NCBI GenBank assembly: GCA_002269645.1
Contig: NIVC01001048.1
Coordinates: forward strand, 1 to 64,000
Reading direction: 5' to 3'
Source: Macrostomum lignano
Taxonomy: Eukaryota
DNA: 64,000 nt
Both the position numbers and the translations under genes were made by a program. Shown one piece after another: positions 63,835-64,000 of this stretch. Each line of letters starts with the position of its first letter. Within the stretch, counting starts at the first letter, position 1. The notes beneath the pieces were generated by a model that saw nothing but the letters and a program-made list of their open reading frames with translations, was not told the origin of the DNA and did not search any database.

Positions 63835-64000
63835 ATGGCGCCCCTCTGGTGTATTATGGCGCCCCTCTGGTGTATTATGGCGCCCCTCTGGTGTATTATG
63901 GCGCCCCTCTAGTGTATTATGGCACCCCTCTAGTGTATTATGGCACCCCTCTATTGTATTATGGCGCCCCTCTAGTGTATTATGGCGCCCCTCTATTGTA
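63835..64000. repeat. 21-bp minisatellite, runs off the window
   Basis: Same unit as 56230-56487. Confidence 0.93.

Overview
Eukaryotic (metazoan) genomic DNA with GT-AG introns, dense minisatellites and many TE fossils. A free-living flatworm such as Macrostomum is my best guess (inference only). Genes supported: the 5' end of DNA-PKcs (PRKDC, 8 exons, minus strand, running off the left edge), an intronless ankyrin/SOCS-box protein, NAA38/LSMD1, PEDS1/TMEM189, a probable 3-exon orphan gene, a 764-aa LRAT/PLAAT-like membrane protein with a replaced catalytic triad, and three C-type lectin + PAN/apple paralogues (one with a premature TGA). Mobile DNA: a near-complete Ty3/gypsy element, two RTE-like LINE 3' ends, a Penelope-like fossil with a 5' inversion, a hAT transposase fossil, two ~3-kb TIR elements, two mini-Helitrons, two tRNA-SINE families and three hammerhead-ribozyme motifs. 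The most unusual signal is a patchy mutational regime: repeat copies in certain domains have lost most CpGs and also show CpA/TpG->TpA decay (RIP-like), while sister copies elsewhere are largely intact. All alignments and counts were done by eye and need computational confirmation.
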